Shown: in pieces, positions 12,572 through 26,307 of the stretch
How positions within the stretch are numbered: the stretch's first letter is position 1
How the letters are laid out: each line of letters opens with the position of its first letter
NCBI GenBank assembly: GCA_016748015.1
Contig: JAAOMT010000630.1
Location: 248,001 to 312,000 of the forward strand
Origin: Geosiphon pyriformis uo1
Taxonomy: Eukaryota > Fungi > Glomeromycota
DNA: 64,000 nt
Direction of reading: 5' to 3'
Notes under the pieces: generated by a model
Told to the model about the DNA's origin: nothing
Seen by the model: the letters and a program-made list of their open reading frames with translations, nothing else
The model's database searches: none
Position numbers and translations under genes: made by a program

Positions 12572-13563
12572 TATTACAGATAAACTTGGCAGTAATGTTT
12601 AGTGCTCTAACTTTTGGGTTAAAAGAAGCTTTAAAGAGTTTTTTATAGGTTTGTCTGTTGTGTTTGGTTTATTAGTCACTAAAGATCTTTTACTGAAAGT
12701 AAATTTACCTGTGAAGTTTTTTAGTTATAAAACACAGAAGTATAGTTTTATAGTGTTGTAACTTGTTAATATAAGCTTTCTTTTTCAAGCTAGTTGAGTA
12801 CAGTCACTAGGGTCTAACAATGTCTTTTTACTTTTTTGGTAAGCTAACAAGATAATGTTAATATTCAAACTTAGAAAGAGCTTATTTTTTTTACCAGGCT
12901 ATCACAAAGTCTATTTTTAGACAGTTAATTTTTTTGTATTGTCATTTTACAAAAGAGAATAAAATAAAAAAAATAAAAAAAAATAAAAAAAAAATAAAAA
13001 AAGATAAATTAATATCATTAATTACTATAATTAAGAGCAATTGGTTCAGATTATTAAGGATTTGAGATGTTTATACTAAGAGCATCTGTTTTAGAATGAA
13101 AATATAAAACAATAATTAGTTTGATTAAAACATAAAATAATTGATAATTATGTATTAATAATTTTGAGTTTTTAATTAAGTCTTTTATTTTTGTAAAATA
13201 TAATAATTATAAAGAAAAGAAAAATTGATTCTTGTCTATTTGTTCTTTTTTCTAATTTCTACAACTATTTATTTTTATATGTTCTTTTTGGTTTTACAGA
13301 ATTGCTTTTTTAATTGTTTTATTCTTGCTAGCTATTGCTTTGCTATTTCTATTATTGTTTTATTCTTTTATATTATTATTAGTTATTCTATGTTTTACTT
13401 AGTTATTTCATGCTATAATATGTTATCAAGTTTTGTATTATGTTATTCTGAGTTATTATGTGTTATTCTGTATTCTTTCATGTTATTCTGTGTTATTTCA
13501 ATTATCATATTTTTGGTCACATTTTCTCTATAACTTTAGATTGGTTTTTCTATTTGGATAACA
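12572..13563 (-). repeat. 5' LTR of the Gypsy element (~990 bp)
   Basis: On the minus strand it begins TGTTATCC (13563) and ends TGTAATA (decayed TGTAACA) next to the PBS. Confidence 0.75.
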
Positions 13564-15190
13564 ACATAAAGTAATTTTTACAGATAGAAAAAACTGAATT
13601 CTAGAGAACTGATTCCTGGCTGGTTTAGTTTGCTTGTCAAGTTTATTAAGAATAATAGTTTATCTAATAGTTATGTTTTGGCTTTTTATTTTACTTCTGG
13701 TTATTGGTTAAATAATTTTGGTTTTATTGGCAAACATTTTTTAATAAATGAATTAAATAATATAGTTGTTTATATGAATAGTTTAATTAAAAATTTGGGG
13801 CCTATAAGCATTTACAAAAGTACTGCTGTCTACTTTCTGGATATTAACAAAGATATAAAGATTAAAATGTGTGGTCTGCTTTCTTTGACTTTAATGAAAT
13901 TGTAGACTATTGTTTTTGCTTTGAAGTGTGTTTTAGTATTCAGTTTAGTTGTTTTGTTTACAAATAATTAAGCATTTTTGGATATAAGTACTTTGTTTAG
14001 GAAAAATACAAGTCCTGATTTTTGCAATAAATGCTGAATAGAAAGAGAACATATTTGCTAAATTATTGTATCAAAGAATTTATTGGTCAATTAGAACAAG
14101 ATCAAAAGTCATTTCAGAGTTATTAACAATGAGCATGCTAATTTTTTGGTTAATGCTGTCATTATGTTTGATTTTATGCTGCCCATCAATATGTTATGCT
14201 ACTTTCTAACCATTGAAGACAGATTTGTCTTTGAAAATGCTCATTATTTTGTTAAGTATCTTTTTAAAGCCATCAATTTTGTTGGTTAGAATTCCAAATA
14301 TGTTAATAGTGCTAGATAGTATTTTGTGGTACATAATTGACATAAATAGAACATTTAATATATGATATCCTAATAGTTGAGTTTAATCTAGTTTTACCAA
14401 CTCTGCTTTTACAATGTTTTGATCTTATTTCATAAAAGCTCTACACTACTAATTGTTTGTAACTAAAAAGAAAAAATTATAAAATTCAAGTTATCTTAAT
14501 ATGTTGTGCATTTAATATGAGTTAGTTAAGAACTCTAATCATATGTTTTCTTGTATCTATAATCCTGGCACCAGAAAAAATTTGATTTTAAAAATTATTA
14601 AAACATGAACTGTTTTGTTGAGTGCTTGTATTACTAATAGTGTGGTAATTTAATTTTTGCTTAAGACTAAGTTTTTGAATTATTTGTATATATTGCTAGC
14701 CAAAGGCTTTATGATAAAGAAATAAATAGTTAATATAATATAATTATTGAATAATAGTTTCGATAATATGTCTTTAATTATTAATTTGGTCTGAGTTTTG
14801 CTAAGAACCACAGATCTACTATGTGATTGTTAACCATCAAGTTAAAAGTGCATTATAAGAAATATAATCTCCTATTGCATAATAATTCTGTAATACCAAT
14901 TATATCTGGTTTGGCATTATTGTGATCTTTTAATATGATTTATAATTTTAGTATTAAGTTAAATATTCATGTTTGTTTTGGTTTATATCCTTATTTGTTT
15001 AGTATATATTTCAGTTTTTTATGTAACTTTTCTGTTGTAAATAGTTTAAGTGTTTAGTATTGTTTTAATTGGTCTAAGTAGTTAGTTACATGTAGAAAAC
15101 ACATAAGCTATACTTAATATAAAAGCTTGTATAATTCTACAATCTTAAAAAGTAGTTAGATTATACTCATTATTATTATTAAAAATTAAA
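13564..15190 (+). mobile_element. 3' part of a non-LTR retrotransposon (LINE) with RNase H and zf-RVT-like domains; target of the Gypsy insertion
   Basis: Decayed RNase H: 'VVYMNSLIKNLG' (VYTDGS), 'LSLTLMKL*TIVFALKCV...LFTNN*AFL' (STxAELxAI..TDSQA), '*NKIKSHFRVINNEHAN' (WxKVKGHSG..GNERAD). C-terminal 'SYFIKALHY*L...LCI*YELVKNSNHMFSC'. Confidence 0.85.
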
Positions 15191-18100
15191 AACTTTTTTT
15201 TATTTACAATTATAACAAAATTAAATATTATAATTAGTATAAATAATGTAAAATTAAAAAAAAATAAAAAATTAATTTTATTTTTTATAAAAAAAACTCA
15301 GCTTTAAAACATAAAAACTAATATTAAAAACACCAAAAAAAAATTTTTGCACTTTAAAAAAGTTTTTATTAAATATAATAAAGATTTAAAAATATTGTTT
15401 TTTGGTTAACTTAATTTTTTTAATTATTTAACAATAATAAGAGAAAAAACAGAAAAAAAGATAATTTAATTATTAACTTCTTATTAAAAACTTTAAAAAT
15501 TTAAAAAAAACAAAAATTATATTAAAATTATTTAAGTGGGTTTTTTAACAGAATTTTAAAACAAAAAAAACTTTTAATTAAAAATAAAAACAGTATTTTA
15601 GAATTAACAAAAATTCAGTTTATTATTATATTTATAAAAAATATTTTTATAAAATATTATTATAATTATAAATATTTTATTTTAGTTATAATTATAAAAA
15701 TACAAATTTTTTAATTATTTTTTTAAATTTACTAATATATTTTTTTTATTTAATTTAATAAATAAGATTTAAATATTATTTAATAAAATAATTTAAAACA
15801 AACATATATTATGTACTTAATATATATAATTAATTATTTAGATTAGTTAAAACAATATTATAAATCTATTTTAATTAAAATATTATTAACAATATTTAAA
15901 AAAAATACATATAACTTATATATTTTAAAACAAATACATAAGTTTTTTACAATTTTAAACAAATTTATAATGTTATTTAAAAGTCAGAACTCAAGTTTAT
16001 AAATAATAAAAAACACAAAACTATTTTAAAATATTAAGTTACTTTTTATAATAAAAGTTTTAAGTTTTAAATAAACCAACCAAATTTTATTTTGATAAAT
16101 CATATTTAATATTCAAATAAATTTTACAATTTTATTATCAACTACTATAGTATTTTTAAAAATTGAAAAATTTTTTTAATACTAATTTCTAAAAATAAAA
16201 TTTTTATTTAAAGTTATATATAAACTAATATTGTTTATATATAAGAAAAATAACTGTAAAACACTCAAAAATAACTGGCACAGATCTAATATAAATATTC
16301 AAAAAGTTATATGTAAATTCCAAAGACTTTTATAAATCTTAAAATTAGTATTATATAAATACAAATAATTAAAAAATTCAATTTTATTACAATAAAAACA
16401 CAGAACACTACAATAATACCTATTATAAAGCTGTTTTTAAATAGTAATTAACAAATATTAGTACAAAGATTTTATAAAATAAAAATGTAATTTTATAATA
16501 AATTTACTTATATGGCTTAAAATTATATGTAAATTAAGATGCCAAACCAAAAATAATTTTTTTTAATTAATATTTTTCATCAAAATTCTTTATAATCACA
16601 TTAATATTAAAATTAACTTTCTAATAAGCTTAATATAAAGCTTTGAAAATATTCTAAACTAAATAATATGTATTACTTAAAACAATTATGTTAACTGTTT
16701 TAATATATTTTTTATAAATATAAATAAAAAGCATAAGACCAATTAAAAGCAGTTAGCTAATATATTAACTCTTATATTAATTAAAATATTAATATAAATT
16801 CTAATTTTCAACCAAGTAATACTAAAATTTTTATTTTTTATAATATTTGTAATATAATATCTTTCTAATTAGTAATAATTATAAAAATTTGGCAAATTCA
16901 AATCTAATTTAAAAAAAATAAAGTTTAAAACAGTCTAATTATTGAAATATATTACTATTAAATTAAAAACAAAACAGATTTTAAGATTAAACAATTACTT
17001 ACAACTTTATAAGTATTAAAAAAACAAATCATCTATTTTAACTTTAATGTTCAAATTTATGTTAATAAAAAATACAATTTTGTCTTTAATTTTTAATAAA
17101 CCAAAATTTCTTAAAAACTTATTTATATAAACATTAATAATATTCAAATTAACACTAATAAGACTTTTTTTTACTAAAAAAAACTTATTAAAACCAATTA
17201 TATTAAAAAAATATAAACTATTAACAAAGAAGAATATGACATAATAAATAATATTAATATTTTAAAATTAATTAATTATTAATTTTAATAAATTAAATTA
17301 AATTAAATTATTTTAGATTTAAAAATAATTTTATTTATAAGTTTTTTTGTAAAAAAGTTAACTTTTATTGTAAAGTTAATACATATATTTTGAAAAATTA
17401 AAATTAAAATTTTTTATAAAAATTAATTTTTATTATAAAATAATTATTAAAATTTATTTAAATAAAAATTAATTATTTTATTATTATATAAATTAAAGCA
17501 ATATAAATTAAAAAAAAACAAATAAAAATTAAAAAATAATCTATATTAAATACTTAAACATAAAAATAAGCAATAAGAAAAAAAATAAGAAATTAAACTT
17601 TAATTACTTAATGTTTTTTTTAATTAAAAAAAAAAGGTAATAACTTTTATTTTAAAAATAAAATAATGATTTTTAGTTATAACAACATAAATAAAACCTT
17701 TAATAAAAGTATTTTTAATTAATAAAAGTTATTATTATTTTAATATATAATGTTTTATATAAATCAAAAATATTTAATTTGTTAAAATTTTTAATTATCA
17801 TGTTAATAAAAGTAATTGATTTTGTTAATTATATTAAAAAGTCAAACAATAAAAAACACTGTAGGCATTAAAAATTAGTAAATTTATATTATATTTGTAT
17901 TTAAAACCAATTATTTATTATATAATATAACTATTTAAATTTAAAAAATTGTTTTTTAGAAAAATTATAGGTAAAAAATATAAACAGCATTTATTTAAAA
18001 TTGTATTTTATGTAAATAATGAACAAATTAAAAAAAATCAATCAGAACAATAAATATCTTAAAACACAATTGCTTTTAATAATACATGTATAATAATAAT

Positions 18101-18200
18101 TTGTTACGTATTTTAAAATTAAATTTTAAAATTTGGTTACAATAAAATTTGAAATATATAACTTGAACGTTAGAATTCTATTTGGATGTTTTTTTTTAAT
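15190..18200. other. Extremely AT-rich relic of an unidentified, nearly fully C/G-depleted element
   Basis: About 3 kb of non-periodic sequence with very few C/G and no CpG seen until ~18107. It has no ORF and is not a simple repeat. Confidence 0.55.
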
Positions 18201-18208
18201 ACATTTAA

Positions 18209-18251
<43 letters not shown>

Positions 18252-18305
18252 TTGCATCAATATTTGGAAATTAAATTAAAATTTGAATAGTGCATTACTT
18301 TATCG

Positions 18306-21300
18306 TTATTGCTGCTTTTGCCGTTGTATAAAACGCTTTAATTCGCGGGATTGAGCCCAAGAATTCTTTAAAATCCTAGAAATAAAGGACAGATATTTGA
18401 GATGCTTCTATTTAATTAATGAATTTCAGTTATAAATAAGATATTTAAACTGGAATTACCGCATTCGTTGAATAGCTATCACGGCTGTGACTGCGCTGCG
18501 AAATTTAGCTAATGATCGTGACGCTTGGGTAAGTGTAGTAAAATTGTACAGACTTGAATGTATCATTGAGGCCGCGGTTTCACTAATTAATTTATTATAA
18601 CTTTTTAAAATTTCGAAGTATGATAATATTTCGCAGTTTCAATTTAAATATATTGAAAAGACTCACCACGACTCAAACCCACCAAGAAGTAATAGAATGA
18701 ACTTTTTTTGGTAACTAAGATCCGCTCGCAACCCAGATTCACGTGAAAACTTGGCTTTTTGATACTGCACCTCTTTAGCAAGAAGAGTTAGTTCATCTGC
18801 ATGCCTTTTACGTTCTCGGTTCAGCTCAGACTTTAATTTTTTTTGGTATCGGACTAGTTCCGACTATCAAATTCACGCGATTAAGAATTAGTATGAAATA
18901 CAGAATTTTTTGCCAAGTCTCAATTGAGTGCCCCAAATTGTTGGAGACCCAAGTGGATTAAAATCCCTAGTGATGGATATTGACTTTTTAACTTGCCTTA
19001 AAATCATCTTGTGGTCCAATGTTACAATCCGCCAAATTTAAATCTAATGACCAAACACCACTCCCATTCAAATGAGTTTTTTCTATCATGACAAGCTGTT
19101 GTTTTGTAATTTGAATTTCTTCTTCAAGCGCGTTTATCTCAGTGCGTGCGGCCTCCTGGGTTTCTTTAATGCGATTGTTTGCAAGAGATAATTCTCGATT
19201 GAGTTGTTTAATTTCTTCTCCATCCAAAGCCTGGATGAAGAATTAGGAAATGCCATTTAATCAAAAATGACTTTGTTCCGGATCCAGGATAATGAGAAAA
19301 TTGAATAAGCTTACCCCCTTACGTTGGCTAATTATAGATTCCAATCTGGAAATTTCGATCTGATGCTCATTTCGTTCATGAGCGAGTGTGTCTTGTAATT
19401 GTTCAAGTTCCTCGCGGTGTCGATTGCACTCTTCCTGAACAACCTGCAATTCATCTTCATAGCGTGATAGTTGATCTTTTTTGTCTTGATGATCACGCCT
19501 TTCTGATTGCAATTGTTCAGTCAGATTTTGTATTTCAACTTCAAGAGCCTTCATATGTTCTTGATGTTGACGTACTTCTCTTTCAAGATTCTCTTTCATC
19601 TAAAAGAATCGTATATTTAGAATTTTTTGATCAATATGATTAAAGAAGCCAGGTAAAACTCACCTCATCAACCATCATATATCTCCGATTCAACTCTGTT
19701 TTCTCTTTATTTAAGGTAATTTTTTCCTTGGTTAATTTAGTCAACTTGTCTATAGTATCTTGCAATTCTTTTTGGAGGTCTGCGATCTTTTGAGTTGCTC
19801 TTTCAGAGTTAACATCTTTTTCTACATTAATCGATGTGAGGCTTATAAGTTGATGATGGAAGAGATGGGTAAAGAAAATCATAATTATAGCAATAATTGA
19901 TACCCTTCTGCAGCCGTCGACAACGAGTTTCCAATTCGACAATAGAAGAATTTTTTTTTCGATACCGCTCAGATTCCTATTCACAAATTCTTTATTAGTA
20001 GCCATTAGGCACTTTTTTAATAAAAAATTTTTATTTGAACCATCTTACTTTATGGAAGTTATCCAATTGTTGTTGTAATTGGGTTTTGTCCTTGGCTAAC
20101 GAAGCCTTTTCTAATGTTAGAAGCTTTTTGCTCGCCATTGCAGATTGAATTTCAATTTCTAGGTCTTTGATCTTGGCGATAGATTTTTCAATCTCCTAAA
20201 AAAATAAAAAATTGATGAAAGATATATTCATCCTAATATCATAAACAAAGCCTAGTATTTTATGAATATCAAATGTATTTATAAACTACAAACTTTTCGA
20301 TAAGAGTTGATATCCTTTTCATAGGACTCTTTTTGTAATTTTAATTTTTTGTTCAACCCTTCTTTTTCTTGCTTCCATGTATCCTCCGTTTCTTTTTGGT
20401 TTGCATCAATTATCGCTAATTGCTGAGCCTTGGCCTTTGTAATAGACTCGGTGAGTATAGCACGTTCTTTTTCCCAATGAAGCTTCAAAGCATCAATATC
20501 TCGAGCATTTTGATCTATCATAGCTTCGTGTTCACAACGCAATTTGCCTTCACTCTCAATCCGTTTTTTGAGAACCTCATTTCCTTCCTTATATTTCTTT
20601 TCAAATTTTTCACCACAAAGTTTAAATGACTGCATCTTTGCTGAAAGATTTTGAATTTGTAATGTCAAGGTTTCCACCTCGGTTCGTAGCTCCTGTTCTT
20701 TGCTAGAAGCTGTAACCTTCATTTCTTTCATCACTATTCGCAATGATGTATTAGCCTCAACTTCTTGTTGCCAAAGTGTATGAACCTCTTGTAATTGTGA
20801 TTGCAAAGCACCCAGACCGTTAGGATCAGCTTCCCTTTTATCTACATCAATAGGATTTATTATAGTGTTCAACGCTGCCCGTAAGCTTTGGATATCGATT
20901 TCACTGCGTTTGAACAATTCTATAGTTGCTTCATAATCAAAAATTATTTGACTCTGAGTTGCAACCAATTTTCTTAATTTTTCCAAATCTTTTTGATGGG
21001 AATCAACTTCTTGGGAAATTATCTCAGAGTTACGGACAGGCTTCGAAAAAACTTTTTCTTCATCCCCGGAAGCGGTTATTAATCCGGCTAGCTGTTTCAT
21101 TTGCATGGCCAAGTGCATATTATTTGCCGTCAATTCATGAACACCCGTGATTAGCGCGCCAAGTCGATCTGTTTGATACGCATAATTTTCTTTTACAGCC
21201 TCGCTGTTGCTCTTGAATTCTGCTTTATTGAGGATGACGAATGATGATATAGCTCAATTATTTCTAGAGTTGAGACCAAAATATATCAAATTGCAGAAAT

Positions 21301-24300
21301 TAAATCGAATTAAAGACCTCTCAGAGCCTTTTGGAGAGATCCAGTTAGGATTTCTATTTTTTTGGCGGTATTTTGCAAATTGGGTGTTATTTGTTCAAAG
21401 AGATGAATTATTTCTTTTGATTCCGTAGACCGAGCTTCTTCATCCATCACGTTAAAGGCAAGATTTTCAATGCTTGATAAAAATTGGGCGGGGTGCTTGA
21501 ACATATCATTTCCAGCAAGGACAATAGCTTGCAAGTCCTCTCGACTAATCACCAAAGTATCATCTGTCGGTTTTGACGAATTACGAGCAATGTGACTCAA
21601 TCTGGTGTTTTGTCTTTTTTGCTTTTTCGAAGGAGAATCTGTTAAAGCTTTGGAAGCAAGCCTTTTCAGAACATTGCCGCTATCCACCATCATCCGCTGC
21701 ATTTGAGAAGCTTGTTGAGAAAGTCCTTCAAGCAAGTTCTGTACGTTTTTCATATGTTGTGATCCTTTGATTGGTAATGTAACTAAATCATTACAATCTT
21801 GATTAGCTCTCAAGAAATTATTTTGCTGTGATACGACTCGAACTAATTGATCAAGGTATTGCGCCGTCTGCATATTCTGGTTCAAAGTAGCCTCAATTTC
21901 TTTCTCCACACTTGTTTGAAAGAGAACATTTATGAAGAAAAGAAACAAGAAACGTATTAAAAAAGTATTAATTGACTGAAAACTCACGTCATGCTGTGGT
22001 TCGATTTTGCGCCGGTGATGGTAGAGGTAGTAGTGGACATCATATTCATTTCCTTTTTACCACCACACTGTCCACACTTGTAATTTTCCAGTTCTCTGAT
22101 GTACTCTTCCCTTCGATTAAACTCTTCTTGGATAATGTTCATCGACTTTTCTGTATCTTCCATCAATTCTTCTATGCTGCGTATTTTCTGACAGGTCTCT
22201 TCTAGAGCGCTGGAAAGACCACGAGCAACTGCAATCGCTTGTTCCAAATCGATATTTTTTGCTTCTAATCTCTGGTTTAAATTACCTATTTGAGATTTTA
22301 AAGATTGCAAACACGGCTTTAATGATCTCATCTTTGCATTATTACGTGCAGGAATTGATCCATGGAAAGAAACTTCAGCATTGGTCATACGTGGGAGTTC
22401 ACGCGAAAAGGAAATATTCGAGGCCTAGAGAAGACAAATGATTAAGCACAATTTTTGAGAAATCTATTCTTAATGCTTAAATATCACAGCATACATTTTC
22501 CATCCTCAATGTTAAGGCGTTACCCAACAAACCACTGATGCCTTCAATGATTCCACCACGAGTGCTACGTCCAGTACGAATAGTGTAAAATAAGGATCTA
22601 GATTTGTTTTGCTCCTTTATTAATTCTTCTTCCCTCATTTTCAATACTTTTTCTAATTCTGACTTTTGATAGTCAAGATCTTGAATTCTCGCATCTTTGA
22701 TATCATCTTGAATTTTTAGAGCAGCCTCAGTTATTTGATATTTAAGTTTTCCAATTTCATTATAGGCTACATCCAACTTAGCATTTAACTCGTCCAACAA
22801 AAGTTCATACTCATTCACAATAATATGAGAACGTGATGAATTCTTTGATGTTTCTGGTAATGTATCATTATTTTCTTCCTGAAGTTGTTCGATGAGTATC
22901 AATTTGGATTTCATGTTCAATTGATTCAGCTCTAATTTAGATTTTAGCTCAATCACTTCATTTTCTCTCAATAAAACTTGTTTCTTGGCATGATCCAAAG
23001 CCAATCTTAAATTATCAATCAAAGAAATTTGGCTTTCTTGGCTGGCCAACCGAGAAGTTAAAGATGCCCGTTCAATACGCAATGCCACGATTTCACTTTC
23101 CAAATGCAACAATTTCTCTTCCTCTAACCGAAGATTTATGGCCTCGCTATTTCGAGGTTGTACAATTTCGGCGGATGAAGGATCAGGCATTTCAGTCAAC
23201 CGAATTTCTAATCGCGATTTTTCATCATCGAGCTGGTGCTTATCATGATTCAGTTTGTTATTCTCAATTTGAAGGCGGGCAATCTCATCTCTTAATAGAC
23301 CCTTATCTTCTAATATATCATCATCGGGATTAATTTTCGTGTTTACTACAATCTTCTCGTAACTGGGGATAATGTTTGTATCATCGGGATCAGATAAAGA
23401 GGTGCGTTGAGTTTCCAAGTTTCGGACCTCAGAATTTAATTGGTCAATGTAGACGATTAAATCATCTTTATATTCTTCCAACTCTTCTGCTTTTTTCAGC
23501 AAATTATTAGCTTCTACTTCTGTTGCTTCCATTTGTTTTTCTAGATTATTCCTTTCGTTTGTGACTGTTTCGATATCTTCTCTAAGTTCTTCGTTGATTT
23601 CTTTTATCTGTCTAATAGCCTCGGCCATTTCAGTACGTTGTTGGGCAAGCTCATTTTTCTTCAATTCATATCGATCATTTAAAGAAGACAATTCTTTGTT
23701 TTTGCTATTTAGTGTGTTCGACAAATCATCCACTTGTGCGGATAATTTTTCACGCTCCAGAGTTAATTCATCTCGACGGGATGAGTGCTCATTTCGTTGA
23801 TTTTCTAACCATCGCCTCTGCTTCTCCAAATTACGCACTATTTCACCCAAATCCTTGAGGCGAGGCTCTATCCTCTTTTGCTCGCTTTGATATTCTTCAA
23901 TCCATTCTTGTCCTTGTGCCCGAGCCATGGCCAATTGTTCACCAAGTTGTCCTACCTCATCCTCTAAACCACCAATCTGTTTTTCGGCCTTTTCTTTTGT
24001 ATCAATCAACTCAGATTCTAATTTTGAATTGATCACTTCTAGACGTTCAACTTTGTGTTTTAGCTTAATATTTTTTCCTTCTAGATCACCAAATTTATTT
24101 TTAAACTGTTCCAACTGTTTTTTAAGTTCATTATTTTCTTCTTGAAAAAAATCTCGTTCCTCTTGAAAGGTAGTGGTCTGATTTTTAAGTTCTTTCACTT
24201 TATCCTTCAATTGAAATATTTTCCCGTTAGAGACCTCCATTTTATACTCGGTTTCTTTGTGTTGCTTTTTAATTTGAAGTTGAAATTCCCCCAGTTGACC

Positions 24301-24795
24301 TTCAAGTTGTTCTAATTTTAGATCAGAGGTCAATTTTTCTTCTTCAATGGCCAATTTTTCTTCTTCAGCCAGTTCTTTTTCCGTTTCAAGCTCTTCGATG
24401 CGTGCTGCCATATCCTGAGATTCTTTTTTGAATTGTAACAATTGGATTTGCAAAGTTTCAATTTGCTGTTGGGAATCTTGAGGGGAAATTTGTGAAGGGC
24501 TGGATCTTAAAGAATTGTTAACTGTCTCCTCCTGGACATTGTGATTATGCTCTTCTTCAAACTCGGGAGAAAGATTTTGGTCAAAATGGTTGCCTTCCCC
24601 GTTATCAAGAGAGTCAGAGAGATGTTGAGATTCAACCTTCTGTGAAGCACTTTGAAGCTCAAAAGCAAGCGTGTCAGGTGTAAAGAATACTTCTTTGTGA
24701 TTTTCTTTTGTAAGTAAATGGGGTGGAAAGTGAGAAGCATGTTCCGTTGGAACTTGTAATGCGTTTTCACTGTAGTTTAAGTCTCCAAAATCCAT
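18306..24795 (-). CDS. Pericentrin/Pcp1/Spc110-like spindle-pole-body coiled-coil protein with C-terminal PACT domain (~11 exons)
   Basis: Long coiled-coil exons (22477-24795, 20279-21133 and others) splice in frame. The terminal exons read 'KFSRESGLRADLSYQKKFILLLLGGFES-CE' and 'KFRSAVTAVIAIQRMR' (PACT with calmodulin-binding motif). Stop at 18306. Confidence 0.85.
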
Positions 24796-26237
24796 TAGTG
24801 TTTGCGCGGTTAATTCAAGTTTCCAAGTCCTGACAAAAGTAAACAGTAGAAAGTTGGTACTACATTCTTTGCATAATCTATTTTCTGACAAGATAAGCCA
24901 GACTTTCAATAATGTGTAATCTATAATAAAGATTAATTAGCCTTAAAAAGTTAAAATTATAAATTTATTTATATAAAAAAGAAAAAAAAAAAGAAAAAAG
25001 AAAAAATGCAAAATACCTATTATTCAATGAATAAATATTTCAAACAACAATAATTTATTTCAAATTACATAATACTTTATTTTGATATATTAATAATATA
25101 TGAAATTTTTTTTAACTTTTAATCAATCAATTTTTTAAAAAAAATATTTTCATTTATTTAAAAAACATAAATTCATTCACAATTTAAAATGATAATTTGA
25201 AAATTTTGACAAACATAATATTTTTATACATTGTTCAAACTTTTAAGAAACTGATAAAAAGATGATAATTTAATTTTTGTTAAATTGAATAGTTTTAATT
25301 ATATAATTAACAAGTTTTAGTAGTTTTTATATTGTAAATAAATAAATAATTAATAAATAAATAATAAATAATAAATAATAAATAATAATAAATAATAAAT
25401 ATAAATATATATATATATATATATATATTTTCAAGTAATTTATTTACCGTTCATTATATGATCTTTTAAAAAAAAAAATTAAAACGAGATATTTCTTTTT
25501 TTGTTCGATCGAACAAAATAAAAAAAAAATTTTTTTCTTTTTCCGGGGTTGAAATTCTTTCGATTCAAAAATATTGTGTTAATTCATATGAATGAGAAAT
25601 ACATTTTTAAATCAAGATTTTCAAATATATGAGTAAAAAAATATGAAATTTAATTTAATTAATTGATTTTAGACTAATTTATCAAATGTTCCAAATTTGA
25701 TTTAATATTTCGCAAAAATTCTTCCTCGTGTAAATGACCACACATATTTTTTATATTTTAAAAACAAGAAATTCTCCCAAAATGAAATTTCTGTCTAGCT
25801 TAAATTTTATCGAGATTTAAAAAAGAATTAGATAATCTTTCAAATAAATTCCATGTTAATCCATGTGAAAGTTAAAGTTTATCAACTTGCAGGAAGCCCT
25901 TTTTTTGATGACAAAATTGACAGATTTCACAAACTTCTTGCTTCGAATCTAAACCCTCGACGTAACCTTTTTTTAATTATGTTGCATTACATTAAAAAAT
26001 TCATTAAACAATAAAATTAAAGATCCCAAAAAAAGGTTGAAGAAAAGGCTAAAGATTCAAAGTTTCACAACATAAAATGATGTTGATTTAATGATGTTCG
26101 AATCGATCGATTCGGAAAATCCAAAGGAGAATTTTTTATTTTCCAGGTTTCGTTAAGTAAATTGTCTTTTTGCTCAACAAAAAATTAATCGTCATATTGT
26201 TGTTATTTAATTTACTACTTACTTTTCTTTCCATTAT

Positions 26238-26307
26238 TCAAATCAAATCAAATCAAATCAAATCAAATCAAATCAAATCAAATCAACTCAACTCAACTCA
26301 GCTCAAC
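26238..26307. repeat. (CAAAT)n/(CAACT)n microsatellite
   Basis: Directly visible; a related (AAAATC)n tract lies at ~27060-27110. Confidence 0.9.

Larger units (their letters stand above)
3824..13563 (-). mobile_element. Degenerate Ty3/Gypsy LTR retrotransposon (gag-protease-Zn finger-dUTPase-RT-RNaseH-integrase)
   Basis: Direct LTRs, PBS and PPT are present. Motifs: gag-like 'IAKLEKFSSKEDNA' (~11650), protease 'LILNSKSAGSIIT' (~10170-10200), RT 'SLDLASKYWQV...KTAFIT...FNIMSFGLYNAPAIFQ...YLDN' (~7450-7700), integrase 'YYWP...CNLCQ' and 'INYFTKWPEARAI' (~5850-6450). Many stops. Confidence 0.92.

Noticed and set aside
14555-14590. Minus-strand 'FSGA' resembling DNA methyltransferase motif I
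   Set aside because: No other motifs follow, and the plus strand is clearly LINE RNase H/zinc-finger sequence.
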